This document shows, in pieces, positions 13,301 to 24,199 of a stretch of DNA of 64,000 nt. Origin of the DNA: Kudoa neothunni (taxonomy: Eukaryota > Animalia > Cnidaria); the NCBI GenBank assembly GCA_964304625.1, contig OZ199839.1:6144311-6208310 (forward strand), given 5' to 3'. How positions within the stretch are numbered: the first letter of the stretch is position 1; each line of letters begins with the position of its first letter. Made by a program: the position numbers and the translations under genes. The notes under the pieces are model-generated. The model made no database searches. It saw only the letters and a list, made by a program, of their open reading frames with translations, and had not been told where the DNA came from.

Positions 13301-14430
13301 CTTTATTTGCTAAGAAACGAATTATTTTTAATATTAAAAAAATTAACAACGTTGATGTCCTTCCCAGTAATTTTTTTAAAATTACTAAAACTACAACAAA
13401 GTATATAAAATGACGCATAATTTATTAAAATACAATATTTTATAAAATTCCTTGGATTAATATGAATATACATATACACTTTTAAAAAGAAAACCCATTC
13501 AACATTTTTTAAGTGAACACGTTTTTATAGCAATCGAAATATTTTTTCCATATAAAATCTCTATGTTCGTTAATTATTGTATTTATTAAAATAAAAAGTT
13601 AACAACTGAAGAATCATTATATTACAGAATGCGAATTCAATACGAAAAACATATTTCTTATATAAATAAAAATTAAGAAAATATCTAATGAAATTTTTGT
13701 AGTTTCTTTATATCAATAAGTTCATGGAAATTTGACAAAATAATTGAAAGTGCGAAATGCATACAATTGATTTCTTGACTTTGTTTTTATGGCGACCTGC
13801 GTAGAAAATTAGATTCGCCAAAATGAATTATCCTTCTAATTGTATAATCTGTAACTTTATTAAGTATTTCGTTTCAAATTTCTAGTTTTCGTGAAGTAAT
13901 CTACTAAATGACTTTTATTTGTAGAAGACTGTTTACAAAATAGATGTTCACACAAGGAAATTTTGCAACATATATTTAATTTTTTCAAAAAAACAATAAC
14001 TTAAGAGTATATTTAAAATTTTTAATAATTACACTAATCTTAAAAAAATCCAGTATAATGAATGTATGTTGACAAAATTGGATCCAAATTTTATTGAAAT
14101 CACCACGGCCCAGGTTAAGAACCCCTCCACTATACTATAAATTGAGTGTCTTATGGTGCTCATTTAATTGTTTAAATATTGTTTACCTAACTAATATTAA
14201 AATTATATAGAAAAAGGAATTTACGTTATTGGCTTCACTTATCCGGGTAGTTCCTAAAGGTAACGTCTCATGGATTTGAATACAATTTAAATCGTGTTTA
14301 TTCTTGAAATTTACATTCGTACTTAGGAAAAGCGAGAATTCGAGTCCAAGTGTCGGCAACCCATTCCCAAGAAGATGTGATACAATGTATCAATTCATTT
14401 AAAGCTGTCAAAGAAGAGCTTCAACTTTAA
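10339..14430 (+). CDS. GCAT: 2-amino-3-ketobutyrate CoA ligase (glycine C-acetyltransferase), ~10 exons, one apparent +1 indel at 14245-14247
   Basis: Motifs [92 protein letters not shown](VVPKG) and ARIRVQ. Introns at 10555-10614, 10705-10920, 11141-11189, 11808-11851, 11928-14210 and 14260-14326, among others. Confidence 0.95.
11959..13082. mobile_element. pogo/Tigger-like TIR element inside GCAT intron
   Basis: TA|CCGTGTTTCTTTGAAGCCCA (11959-11978) and inverted TGGGCTTCAAAGAACATGG (13064-13082). Confidence 0.6.
13094..14127. mobile_element. hAT (Charlie-like) MITE inside GCAT intron
   Basis: CAGTGGTTCTTAACC ... GGTTAAGAACCCCTC termini; degenerate 8-bp flanks TGCTATAT/CACTATAC. Confidence 0.7.
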
Positions 14431-15204
14431 TATCTTCTTTTAAGAAAATTAATTCTTGCTATATTTTTCTGTTACGTAAAAGACAAAAATCTTTCTAAAG
14501 ACGCATGTTTATTTTATTTTAAAATCATTAATAGATAAATCATTGTAATTTATGATTAGTAAACGTAATTGATCTCGTCAATTTTTTTTAAGTTGCGTCA
14601 GAGCTTCAGCTAGTGTTGAAGTCTTGCCGACTTAACAACTTCATCCATCAACTCGCCAACCATCAACGTGGTTGTATTGTTTTGAGCTCGCATATATAAA
14701 AGGAATGCGAAGGTTTTCTTTAATTAATATAATTTTATCAGCAAGGTAGTATTAGATACTTTAGTACATGAGAAATATTACGAGATTTCGATTTTTGACA
14801 TTTTCCATATTCATATTCTACAGAGTTGTCTGAAACAGAGCTCTAAAGTTGAATAATCAAGAAAGAGTGTTTGTGATGAAGGATTTAAACATTTTTCATT
14901 GTCAATAATGTGGAAAAATTTTAAAATTTATCTCGAGAAAAAATTAATTAGAAAGTAATTATGCAATTCCCATCCGATGCGTGAGCGAGTAAATAGGATT
15001 TACACCTTTAAATGACTTGAAAACTTTTAGAAATAAAAAAAAATAATTTCTACATAACAGTTTTGTAAAAATTAAAAAAAACTCGGAAATGCAAAGAAAC
15101 AAGTCGCAGATCTTCAATTATTTAGTGTACTTTTGCGTGATATAAAATTGCTAAATGAATCGGGGTTGATGCATATTTTCCCTGAACTAAAATTAATCAT
15201 TCTT

Positions 15205-15210
<6 letters not shown>

Positions 15211-15246
<36 letters not shown>
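15211..15246. repeat. (TA)n microsatellite
   Basis: Direct reading. Similar (TA)n tracts at ~22597-22630 and ~38648-38677. Confidence 0.9.
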
Positions 15247-15247
<1 letters not shown>

Positions 15248-15605
15248 GTATATAAAGTAGTAGTGTCTGTTTGTATGTGTGCAAATTTAATATTTTATAA
15301 ATATTTATGCATCATCATATTGAAAACATTCAACTAATGTTTTAAACTAAGAATCTAGTTTTGACAATTTTATGATGTGCAATCTGTCAAATCTCTACCA
15401 GTAGAGACAGCGCTATGAACTAGGATTAAGGTCACTTCTTATATGGCAAATTAATTAAATAAATCAAGCTTTATTTGTGTAATCTTTGTACTATTTATCC
15501 AAATATTCTAAATTTATTTTGAACTTAAATGAACTTGACCCACTCAAGGCTCAAGTCTACTTGGTTGGACAAAGAAGCCTACGCAAAGTGGGGCTTTTGC
15601 GCTAG
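15246..15605 (+). mobile_element. Non-autonomous Helitron (copy A)
   Basis: 3' hairpin AAGCCTAC-GCAAA-GTGGGGCTT followed by TTGCGCTAG|T. The body at 15455-15560 is clearly homologous to 37490-37600. The 5' end is blurred by the TA repeat. Confidence 0.7.
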
Positions 15606-15613
15606 TTCATTTA

Positions 15614-16507
15614 TCTATCGTCTACTATATAATAAAGCTGAAGTGTGTGTTTGTGCGATGAAATTTTTTCCGTATAAATAGATATTTATATAATTTCTAA
15701 TAGTTTACGATAATTTAAAATTTCTATTATTTGTTATTACACGGACATAAGTTCAAAAATAATAAAGTAAACAGTGTTGTCCTCGGTGTTAAGTTTGTTA
15801 AGTTTGTTAAACGGATTAAGTGGTTTTACTAATAGAAATATGTTAGTTTTTTCATGGTAACGCTTATGACCATCTGCAAGTTGTTCTGAACGTTTTTAGT
15901 GGCTCAAACTTAAGCTATAAATCCACGATTTCAAGATACATCTTATATCATTTATCTATATGTACATTTAAAGTAGATGGTAGTTAATATAGCATAACTA
16001 TGCGAATTTTCTAAATTAATGAAGAATTTGAAGCATATGTTATAATAAAATAGATTCAATCCCTACATACTGAGACTAGGTCTCCAAATTTCGTTATAGC
16101 GACCGTTAAACTTAATTGTGAGCGATAAGATTCGAATTATATATTGAAATCTTACTTTATTCAATTATTTAAATATTCTTATTCAAATAAAGAGGCTATA
16201 CGACGGTTTTGAGGAAAGAGTGTACAAAAATGTGTCGGACAAAGACATTAATTTGAGCAATAAAATTAATCATTATAAGTTATTACCGAGTTATTCAGGG
16301 TTTTCTACTTCCATAACTTCTCCAAAATGATCTCAATACTTTACTGTACCTATCACAGTCGTTAAAAGTGATATTTAAAAGGAAATATTTATTTAATTTC
16401 TCCTCTAAGCTAATCAAGAAGAGTCTTATATATCTTTAATATTTTTACCGTATTTTTCTATGATGAAATTTTTCCAATCCCCTTAGAAGCTGAGAAGTTT
16501 GCGCTAG
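15614..16507 (+). mobile_element. Helitron (copy B), possible Rep remnant
   Basis: 5' TCTACTATATAATAAAG...GTGTGTGTTTGT and 3' TTTGCGCTAG|T. Frameshifted AYDHLQVV..VF.WLKLKL.IHDF...EFSK at ~15860-16015 weakly resembles Helitron Rep (DRPD..ARVF.LKL..L..D...EFQK). Confidence 0.6.
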
Positions 16508-18971
16508 TGTGAATTAAAATGAATGTTTACATACGGATTCCTGACCGATTCATCAGAAAGAACTAACGAAAAAAATTTAAACTGATTTTTGTTGAAATAT
16601 CTATCGGCACGTATCATTGTATCATTATATCATTGTATCATCATTATATCATCATTATATCATTATATTCAGGTTAATGTAGTTTTGAATGTACTTAATT
16701 ATTTTTGACCTATCGCTACCGTTTTTATAATCCAAAAATAATAAAATGCAACAGATTCCAATAAATAAACGTTATGAATAAACTGTAAATAGGAATTACC
16801 GTGTTAAAATTGGCATCACGCGCACGTAGATGTCTTACTAAATTAAAAATTTACGTACCAATAGCCAGTACTTATTTTTTTACATCAGATGAAATAAATA
16901 ACATTAAAATAGTCGTTAGAATTTCTCAAGGATTGAGTTTATTAAATAATCCCACAAAAGATGCGAGAAACGTACACCCCACTCTTTTTTGTCATATTCA
17001 TGTATAAAATAATTATAGATAAACTGGTAAATTCACAACGTTTTCTATCCATCATTTTTATGACAAACCAGTAATAATTATACTAAATAATCCCACTAAA
17101 TCCGATATATGAGATGTTGATAGCCTCGGACTCTTTCGCGTAAAAAAATAATATCAAGTGACACGATAAAATGTATTTTCTCAATAGGGACAACTTTTAA
17201 AATTACAATAACCTCTCTAACAACTACAAAAAATTTTTACCAATGTTCCATATAATATATTGTTCCAAATAAATTGAAATATTGTATTATTTTACGACAA
17301 ATATTTTTGCCGAAAAAATAAAAAACAATCAGAAATAAATTTAACCCTTCGATAATGATAACAGTAGATCACTGGTACTGGGCGACCATTCATAATATTT
17401 TTAATCCAAATTCTCCATGCAGAAGGTGTATTTAAATTCCACACAATGCATATTTTACAATTCAATGATCCTTCAATAAATGATATTGGATTCGGAAAAT
17501 TCATCCGCATCATCATATCTTAAATTAATCATCGAATTCCTTATCAGATGATTGGTTTTCCCTATTGTAGACGTAGACAGCAGAGCTATTCGTTTTGTTG
17601 GAGTCGAGCATGCGCTAACTAAATTTGCGAACTTTAGACATCAAATCTACACAAGTCTAATCGATACAATTCTCTTGAACTTTTCTAGTAAAGAGCACAT
17701 GTGGTAACGCGTTTAATTAACGAAACAAAATCTGGTTTGTATCACACCCCAACTCAACAAACCTTTCTTATACATCAAATTGACTTGATTTGTACAATGA
17801 GTTGGTTAGAGTTTTTTAAAATTAAATAATTTTCAAAGTAATTATATATCTAATAAGTATTTTGTTCACTAATAGACTAATTAAAATAAAAAATTATTTG
17901 ATCTTATTTCAACTCAGAATTAACCTACAAGAGTACAAAACACGATGGATTTATTTGGGATTAAAAAATCTACCTTCCAAATCTTTTGGACAAGTTTTAC
18001 CAATTCCAATCTAATTATGGAAATAAAAAATTCTCTCAAGTTTTATTGAATCCATCAAGCATTGTTAAATTCCATTATCATGATAATCAATAGTGTCATA
18101 TTTATTATTTTATCGGCACTGTATTATTAGTGAGATAATCCGATATATTATTCTGCTTGAGATTAGGGAAATTTTGTATACTTTAGAAAACAAAAGGATA
18201 TAGTTATGACAGGATGGGATGGAAGTGTAAACAAAAAATTCACTAACAATTCGTGCGCATGCGTTCAGCCGTAAAACGGTTTTTCAACTATTCAAACCTC
18301 CGTTGTTACACCCTAGTGCACATCTCCATGTATCAAAAGATTTCAAAGTGTCATTCATTCACATAATGATACATTGGAACCCATTACACATCACCCGAGG
18401 AAATAAAAATATATGTAAAGAGTGGGGTATACTCTTAGAGCAATAATAAACATTCAAAAAATAAATCCACATTGCAGGTGAAATGATACTGTCAACTAGA
18501 TTTAAGGATTAAAAATAATTTTTTGTTCGATAATTTCCAACTGTATCGGTCATTGCAGGTTACTGATACAAAATTCAATAGCTAAATGGTGATTTGGCGA
18601 ACAACTTGATTGTTCATTGTTCGAAAAGCAACTCATAAAAAAACTCCAATCGATAATTAATTAATGTTGTTAAATTGCGCAGTCTCAAATCATTATCAAC
18701 GTCAAGCCGAATATCGTAAGTGTGTGAGTGAGATTGAAGTGAAAGTCTAATTTATTTGAATCTCCACAGTTCTACTTATCCTAAGTTTAATCAGCCCAAA
18801 TCCATTTTAACTTTGATATTGTTTTTAATCTGTTTGTGAAGAAGTCTCGTGTGAGAGATATCGAGGTGTCAAGTGTCAATCTGGTTGGAGTTGTGTTAGG
18901 TACGTTTAATGGATATCGCGGTGTGGAGTTTAATTTTAAAAACCCCGTTTAGAACTATTAACTAAACGCCA

Positions 18972-20591
18972 ATGGTGAAACAAATAAACAAAACGGATCC
19001 TCTTGAGTTGAGAGAAGACGATGCTAAAACATCTAAATCGATATCATCATCATTAGCTTCGGCTAAAAAGATATTCCGTTACGATGAACTGTTGAAAGTG
19101 GATAAAAACACACCACGATCTCAGTTTCAGTTTATCACCATTTGCCGGCCGATTTCTATGAATAAATTCGACATAGAAAAACATTCGGGAGTAGATTCTT
19201 TCTCCAGAAGCGACTCAGAATGTGCCAAGTTTTTGGTCGATAACGAGTCCGCACATTCAAACACTTTCTGTGAAACGGCTGCTTCACAATATAATCCAAT
19301 AGACGATATCAGTAATCGACCGGTTGTAAGTATGCTGCTGGAAGATGAAGAAAATTCCAGCGAAACATACCACACCTCTGGAGGGAGAGAGCGAGAGGGA
19401 GAACGAGAACAAGAATGTTCTCGTCATTATAATACCGCTCACTCAATTCACACTCACGATAAATCCACAGTCACCTGTAACGTAGATGAGCTGGTGCGTG
19501 AAGGTGACTATGCTATATCGGTGGGTATTCTACCACAACGCATACATCAAGGCAGTAGCGGGAGTTATTTTGTGAAGAATGTCAACCAGCAGGTGATCGC
19601 AGTATTCAAACCAAAAAACGAAGAACCTTATGGCCGTCTGAACCCCAAATGGCTGAAATGGATGCACAAAACATGTTTGCCGTGTTGTTTTGGTCGCAGT
19701 TGTATTCTACCGAATCAAGGCTATCTATCCGAAGTAGGCGCCAGCGTGGTCGACAGCTATTTGGGTACTAATATTGTGCCCAAAACCTCAATAGCTTGGC
19801 TGTCCAGTCCCACATTCAATTATGGCCGAATTGATCGATCAAATCTACGAGCGAAACGACTTCTCACAAAGAGTATGCCAAATTCGGTTTGCAAAAAAAT
19901 CAAATGTGAACTTCCATCGAAGGTGGGGTCCTACCAAGAATTTGTTCATGATTTTATGGCGTCGAACCTATTTTTAAACAAAATTAATGAATCGTTTTTT
20001 GAGTCTAAAATGGGACATGTGTTTTTGGAAAAATTCCAAAGAATGACACTACTTGACTATTTCATACGTAACACTGACCGTGGCAATGACAACTGGCTGC
20101 TACATTTCGAAAACAAAGAAATACTTGAAATGCCCAATTTTTGGGATCACTGTGATGATGTAAATGATGAGATTATTGAATTGGCCGCTATCGATAACGG
20201 TCTAGCATTTCCATTCAAACATCCCGATTCCTGGAGATCCTACCCCTTTCTCTGGGCATGGCAACCTTGTGCTAAAATCCCTTTTCTCGACTCAATCAAG
20301 GAAAAATTCCTACCAAAACTCACCTCGTTGGATTCCATTGACGATCTTGTTTGTAGACTACGAGCATTATTCAGCATCGACAAAGGATTCAGTGAGGATC
20401 GATTCGACGATCAAATGGCCGTAATGAAAGGCCAAATCTACAATATTTGTAATGCTTTTCGTAACGATATGTCTCCTTTTGATATGGTCAAACAAAATGC
20501 TATTTATATTCGATCTCAAGGTGCATGGGACACTGTATCTATTTCGGATGAAAATGTCCACAAAAAACATCCCCTATTTTCCTGTATTTGA
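18972..20591 (+). CDS. PI4K2: Phosphatidylinositol 4-kinase type II (intronless)
   Basis: Single 539-aa ORF with QGSSGSYFV, FKPKNEEPYG, CLPCCFGR (palmitoylation box), LDYFIRNTDRGNDNWL and AIDNGLAFPFKHPDSWRSYPF. Confidence 0.95.
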   Translation: MVKQINKTDPLELREDDAKTSKSISSSLASAKKIFRYDELLKVDKNTPRSQFQFITICRPISMNKFDIEKHSGVDSFSRSDSECAKFLVDNESAHSNTFCETAASQYNPIDDISNRPVVSMLLEDEENSSETYHTSGGREREGEREQECSRHYNTAHSIHTHDKSTVTCNVDELVREGDYAISVGILPQRIHQGSSGSYFVKNVNQQVIAVFKPKNEEPYGRLNPKWLKWMHKTCLPCCFGRSCILPNQGYLSEVGASVVDSYLGTNIVPKTSIAWLSSPTFNYGRIDRSNLRAKRLLTKSMPNSVCKKIKCELPSKVGSYQEFVHDFMASNLFLNKINESFFESKMGHVFLEKFQRMTLLDYFIRNTDRGNDNWLLHFENKEILEMPNFWDHCDDVNDEIIELAAIDNGLAFPFKHPDSWRSYPFLWAWQPCAKIPFLDSIKEKFLPKLTSLDSIDDLVCRLRALFSIDKGFSEDRFDDQMAVMKGQIYNICNAFRNDMSPFDMVKQNAIYIRSQGAWDTVSISDENVHKKHPLFSCI

Positions 20592-22594
20592 ATTAATTTT
20601 TGTTTTTTTATTTTTTGTTTATTGTTTATTTTGATGAATTATGCGCAGCTTAATTAGTAGCTTAGTAATGTAAATACTAATACACATCAATAAATAAAAT
20701 TAAAATACAGAAAACTTCTATATTGCGTTATTCGTTATTTTTTTAACATATTTTTTAAGAATTTTATTTTGATGAGAACAAATAATAATAATTTAAGTCG
20801 GAAATCTTTTTTTGATGATTTAATTCTATATAAGATGTAAAATGCCTTGCAATTAAAGCTGAAACTAGCTCGATTCCAGATACATATTGAAGATAAAATC
20901 AAAGTAAACAAACATTATGATACATTGAATAGTCAAGGTTCGAACTATGGTTGCACAGATACCATATTTTAAACCTCACTTGTTTTAGACGTTTTTTGTA
21001 TTCTAATGAGATTGCGCCAAAATTTTTAGTCCTTAAAATAAAAGCTTTTTTTCTATAAAATTTACTTATTTTTTCACTTAATAAGGGAACCTACCTGATT
21101 GTGGTAATGGTAACGTGCGCGGCACCTAAAAAACATCTTCTTGCGCATTTGTTTCGAATTTCTTGTTTCAACAAACATTGAATTATTTTCATTCTTTCTT
21201 AGTTATTAACTCAAAAGTTATTAATTATTACAATATAGATTTTTACTATTGATATATAATAATATACAAACTAACTTTAAAAATAAACTTTTTGCAAATT
21301 TCACGAAAACATCTCATTTTTCACATTAATAAAAATACTTTGTGAACTTATAAATATAGATATCAATGTACCAAAATTTATGTTAGTTTTTAATTTTTTT
21401 TTATTAAATTTTTTATTAGAAATTAAGAAATTATTCAGTTTTTATTATTAAATCTCAGGAACTAAATTTCTAAAATTGATTATATTGATTTTTTTACCTT
21501 GAAATATATGTCAAACATTCGAAATAAATTTTTTAAGTATATTTTTATGGTTTCATAAGTTTTGTTATATGCTAAAATTTCTTGACAACAAATTCAGAAA
21601 AATATACTAATTGTGAATATTTCAAAATGTAAACATTACATGTTAATTAAGGTTATTATTTTTGCCAGTACATATATAATTCATTTAAACTAATAGGTTT
21701 ATAGAAATAACAAATTTTTCGTTTTTATGTTTTTTTATAACTACATTTTTACGTTCATCGAATGCTATAATAAACACACATGGAAGATTTCCTCATAAAA
21801 AGTAATAACTTCCTATAATCTACCTTAAGTTATAACCCCAAAAATTTAATCAATATCTAAAGTTTAATCTTCATTAAGATTTGATATATACTGTGGAAAA
21901 TACAGTCAAGTTATGATATGATATGGTAAAATCTAATTTTATTGTTGTTACATATTCTAATTGATAAAACAATTATCATAGAATGTACGTTCAGTTGTTA
22001 TTAATTAAGAGTATGATATATTTTGAACAAGGAGGTATCGAATAAATTATTAAAGATCGTATGTCTTTCTACCGATTTATCTATTATTGAATTTTAGTGT
22101 TATTAATCCTGTTTTTGCAGTATAATAAATGTAACTAATTAATTAATTTAATTCTTCGAAGCCGATAATTGGTGTAAAAGTTATTATTATGAAGCGTTTC
22201 TTTCTATTAAATGGTTTAACCTTAGGTATCGAAAGAAAATCTAACTAATCCGTGCTCGGATTTTTTGTTTTCCGTATGGATTTAATATTTTACTAGTGTT
22301 ACTTATTTATGAGGATTTGAAATGTTAAAATGAATTGAAAATTTATTCTTTTCGTATTTATATACAATAATCCAATATTATCAATTGCTTGTATACTTCA
22401 ATTCTAGGATATGCGTACCGATTTTAGTGTCATCTTCTCATTTTAAAAATAGTTCGAGTTCAAACACTTAACAAAATATTGAACAGATTGAGTTTTAATA
22501 TATAATTATTAATTATACACAATAATAATTTATTAGATAATACATAATAATAATAATAATCCTTGTAAAACTTTTTGAATTCAAAACAACTTTT

Positions 22595-22631
<37 letters not shown>

Positions 22632-23310
22632 GTTTATCTTGAAACTAAAAAAATATACCTTCAAAAAGTCTTCTATGGATTATGTTACGATTAGGCATGT
22701 AATTAAATTGCATTAGTAAAGGGTCACTATTTCAAGGTTTAGGATGCGTATTCAGTTGCCATAGTTCGTTTAAAAAAATTAAAATTTTTTTCAATCACGT
22801 AAAAGTCTATAAAATGTTTTGATACAAATTTTAAAAATAAAGCGTCAACGGGATGAAATTATTTCTATAATTTTATTAAATGAAACTCCAGCGCAAAAAA
22901 TTGAAAAAACAATTAACATATTTGCGTATCCAATAGTAAAATCTTAAAAAAACATTTTCAAAGAAGATAAAAATATATTTCGAGAGAAATCGTGAAAAAT
23001 ATAGGAACTAATTGTATTCATTCAAAAGTATGTAACAAAGACTAAGTAATCCGAATTCTTTGGTGAATGTACGCATAAATAAAATATATAAATCAAAAAT
23101 AAATATGATAAATAATTTTTATATAAACTGTATTTATATATGTTGTAAATTAGCGATAATATCATTTATATACGCATAACCAAATATACACGCATGCGTA
23201 CACGTGTAATAACAACCAATATAAAATAAACATGTTTCAACTCACATACATCATTTGAAAATTAAGAATAATTCATCACTTAGTTTAGCTCAAAATTTTG
23301 ATATACAGTA

Positions 23311-23427
23311 TGTAGTGAACCTAATATAATTAATCATCACCTTTATGTTATGGTCGAGGTTCGTCGTCGGTGGCGTGGTTAGTTTTGTTGAACCGTGTTT
23401 TCTATAGCTTGTCGCTGCCGCGTTACA
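23311..23427 (+). repeat. 5' LTR (117 bp)
   Basis: TGTAGTGAACC...GCCGCGTTACA; identical by eye to the 3' copy. Confidence 0.97.
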
Positions 23428-23429
23428 TT

Positions 23430-23442
23430 TGGTGTCAGAGGT
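23430..23442 (+). promoter_or_regulatory. Primer-binding site (tRNA-Leu-like)
   Basis: TGGTGTCAGAGGT lies 2 nt after the 5' LTR and is complementary to a ...ACUUCUGACACCA tRNA-Leu 3' end with one G:U pair. Confidence 0.7.
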
Positions 23443-23452
23443 CCAAGTGAAA

Positions 23453-24193
23453 ATGAAAATCAAGGAAATTAATTTTGATATGCCGATCGACGTGCAACTT
23501 GAGGAATTGGAGGCAAGATCCCTCATAAAAAACCACACGACGGAACAACATTACGCGTTCCTGCTACTAGCAATACCTATCCACCAACGTCCAATGTTAA
23601 AGCCGTCCGATCAAGAGAAACTCGAATTGGGTCCCGTAGAAGCGTTGACGAGGAGGATAAAGGGATATTATGCAAGTGTCACAAGTATACAAAACCAGTG
23701 GACGATTTTCTTGAACGACAAAATAAAGTCAGGAGAGAGAATCCAAGAATTTGCCAATCGAATTTTGCTTCGCCTAAAAGCGGCTAGACCGAATGCGACG
23801 GCGGAAGATATAATATTCTTCCTGAAACCAAAAATTGTTGAGACAGTGCCAAAAATGTACCAACCCATATTGAACAGTGAATCCACCGGAAACATGGCGG
23901 TACTCGTGGAGAAAGCCCAAGCGTATCTTGACGCAAATCCGACAGACGCAACCGATACGACCCCATACATAAATGCTGTGAAACAACCAATTTATCCTAC
24001 TCGACCACCCAACAAACAGGAATGTTATAAATGTGGTAGTAGATACCATTTTGGCCACGAATGTAAGGGCCTCATACGCTGTAACATATGCCAAAAGGTT
24101 GGGCACATGGCAAAAAAATGCTATAGTCGGTCGGGAAACGAAAAAGGGGGCAGGCCTACTCTCGAGCCTCGCTCCCGAATTCACCGAAATTAG
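23453..24193 (+). CDS. gag: Gag with two CCHC zinc knuckles
   Basis: First ATG at 23453; CYKCGSRYHFGHEC and CNICQKVGHMAKKC; TAG at 24191-24193. Confidence 0.9.
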   Translation: MKIKEINFDMPIDVQLEELEARSLIKNHTTEQHYAFLLLAIPIHQRPMLKPSDQEKLELGPVEALTRRIKGYYASVTSIQNQWTIFLNDKIKSGERIQEFANRILLRLKAARPNATAEDIIFFLKPKIVETVPKMYQPILNSESTGNMAVLVEKAQAYLDANPTDATDTTPYINAVKQPIYPTRPPNKQECYKCGSRYHFGHECKGLIRCNICQKVGHMAKKCYSRSGNEKGGRPTLEPRSRIHRN

Positions 24194-24199
24194 AGAGTA
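24133..24199 (+). promoter_or_regulatory. -1 programmed ribosomal frameshift cassette (slippery heptamer plus pseudoknot)
   Basis: G_GGA_AAC at 24133-24139 is in gag register; 6-nt spacer; stem1 24146-24155/24166-24176; stem2 TACTCTC 24157-24163 / GAGAGTA 24193-24199; the -1 frame is open into pol. Confidence 0.85.

Noticed and set aside
17292-17516. 74-aa minus-strand ORF
   Set aside because: No family motif; it crosses a TTAACCCTT piggyBac-like end at 17341 and is probably TE debris.
20941-22768. Possible Merlin element (CGAACTATGG...TAAACCT inverted at 22735-22768; GGIE-like remnant at ~22030), plus similar traces flanking the LTR element
   Set aside because: Matches are too short and degenerate to set boundaries or a TSD.
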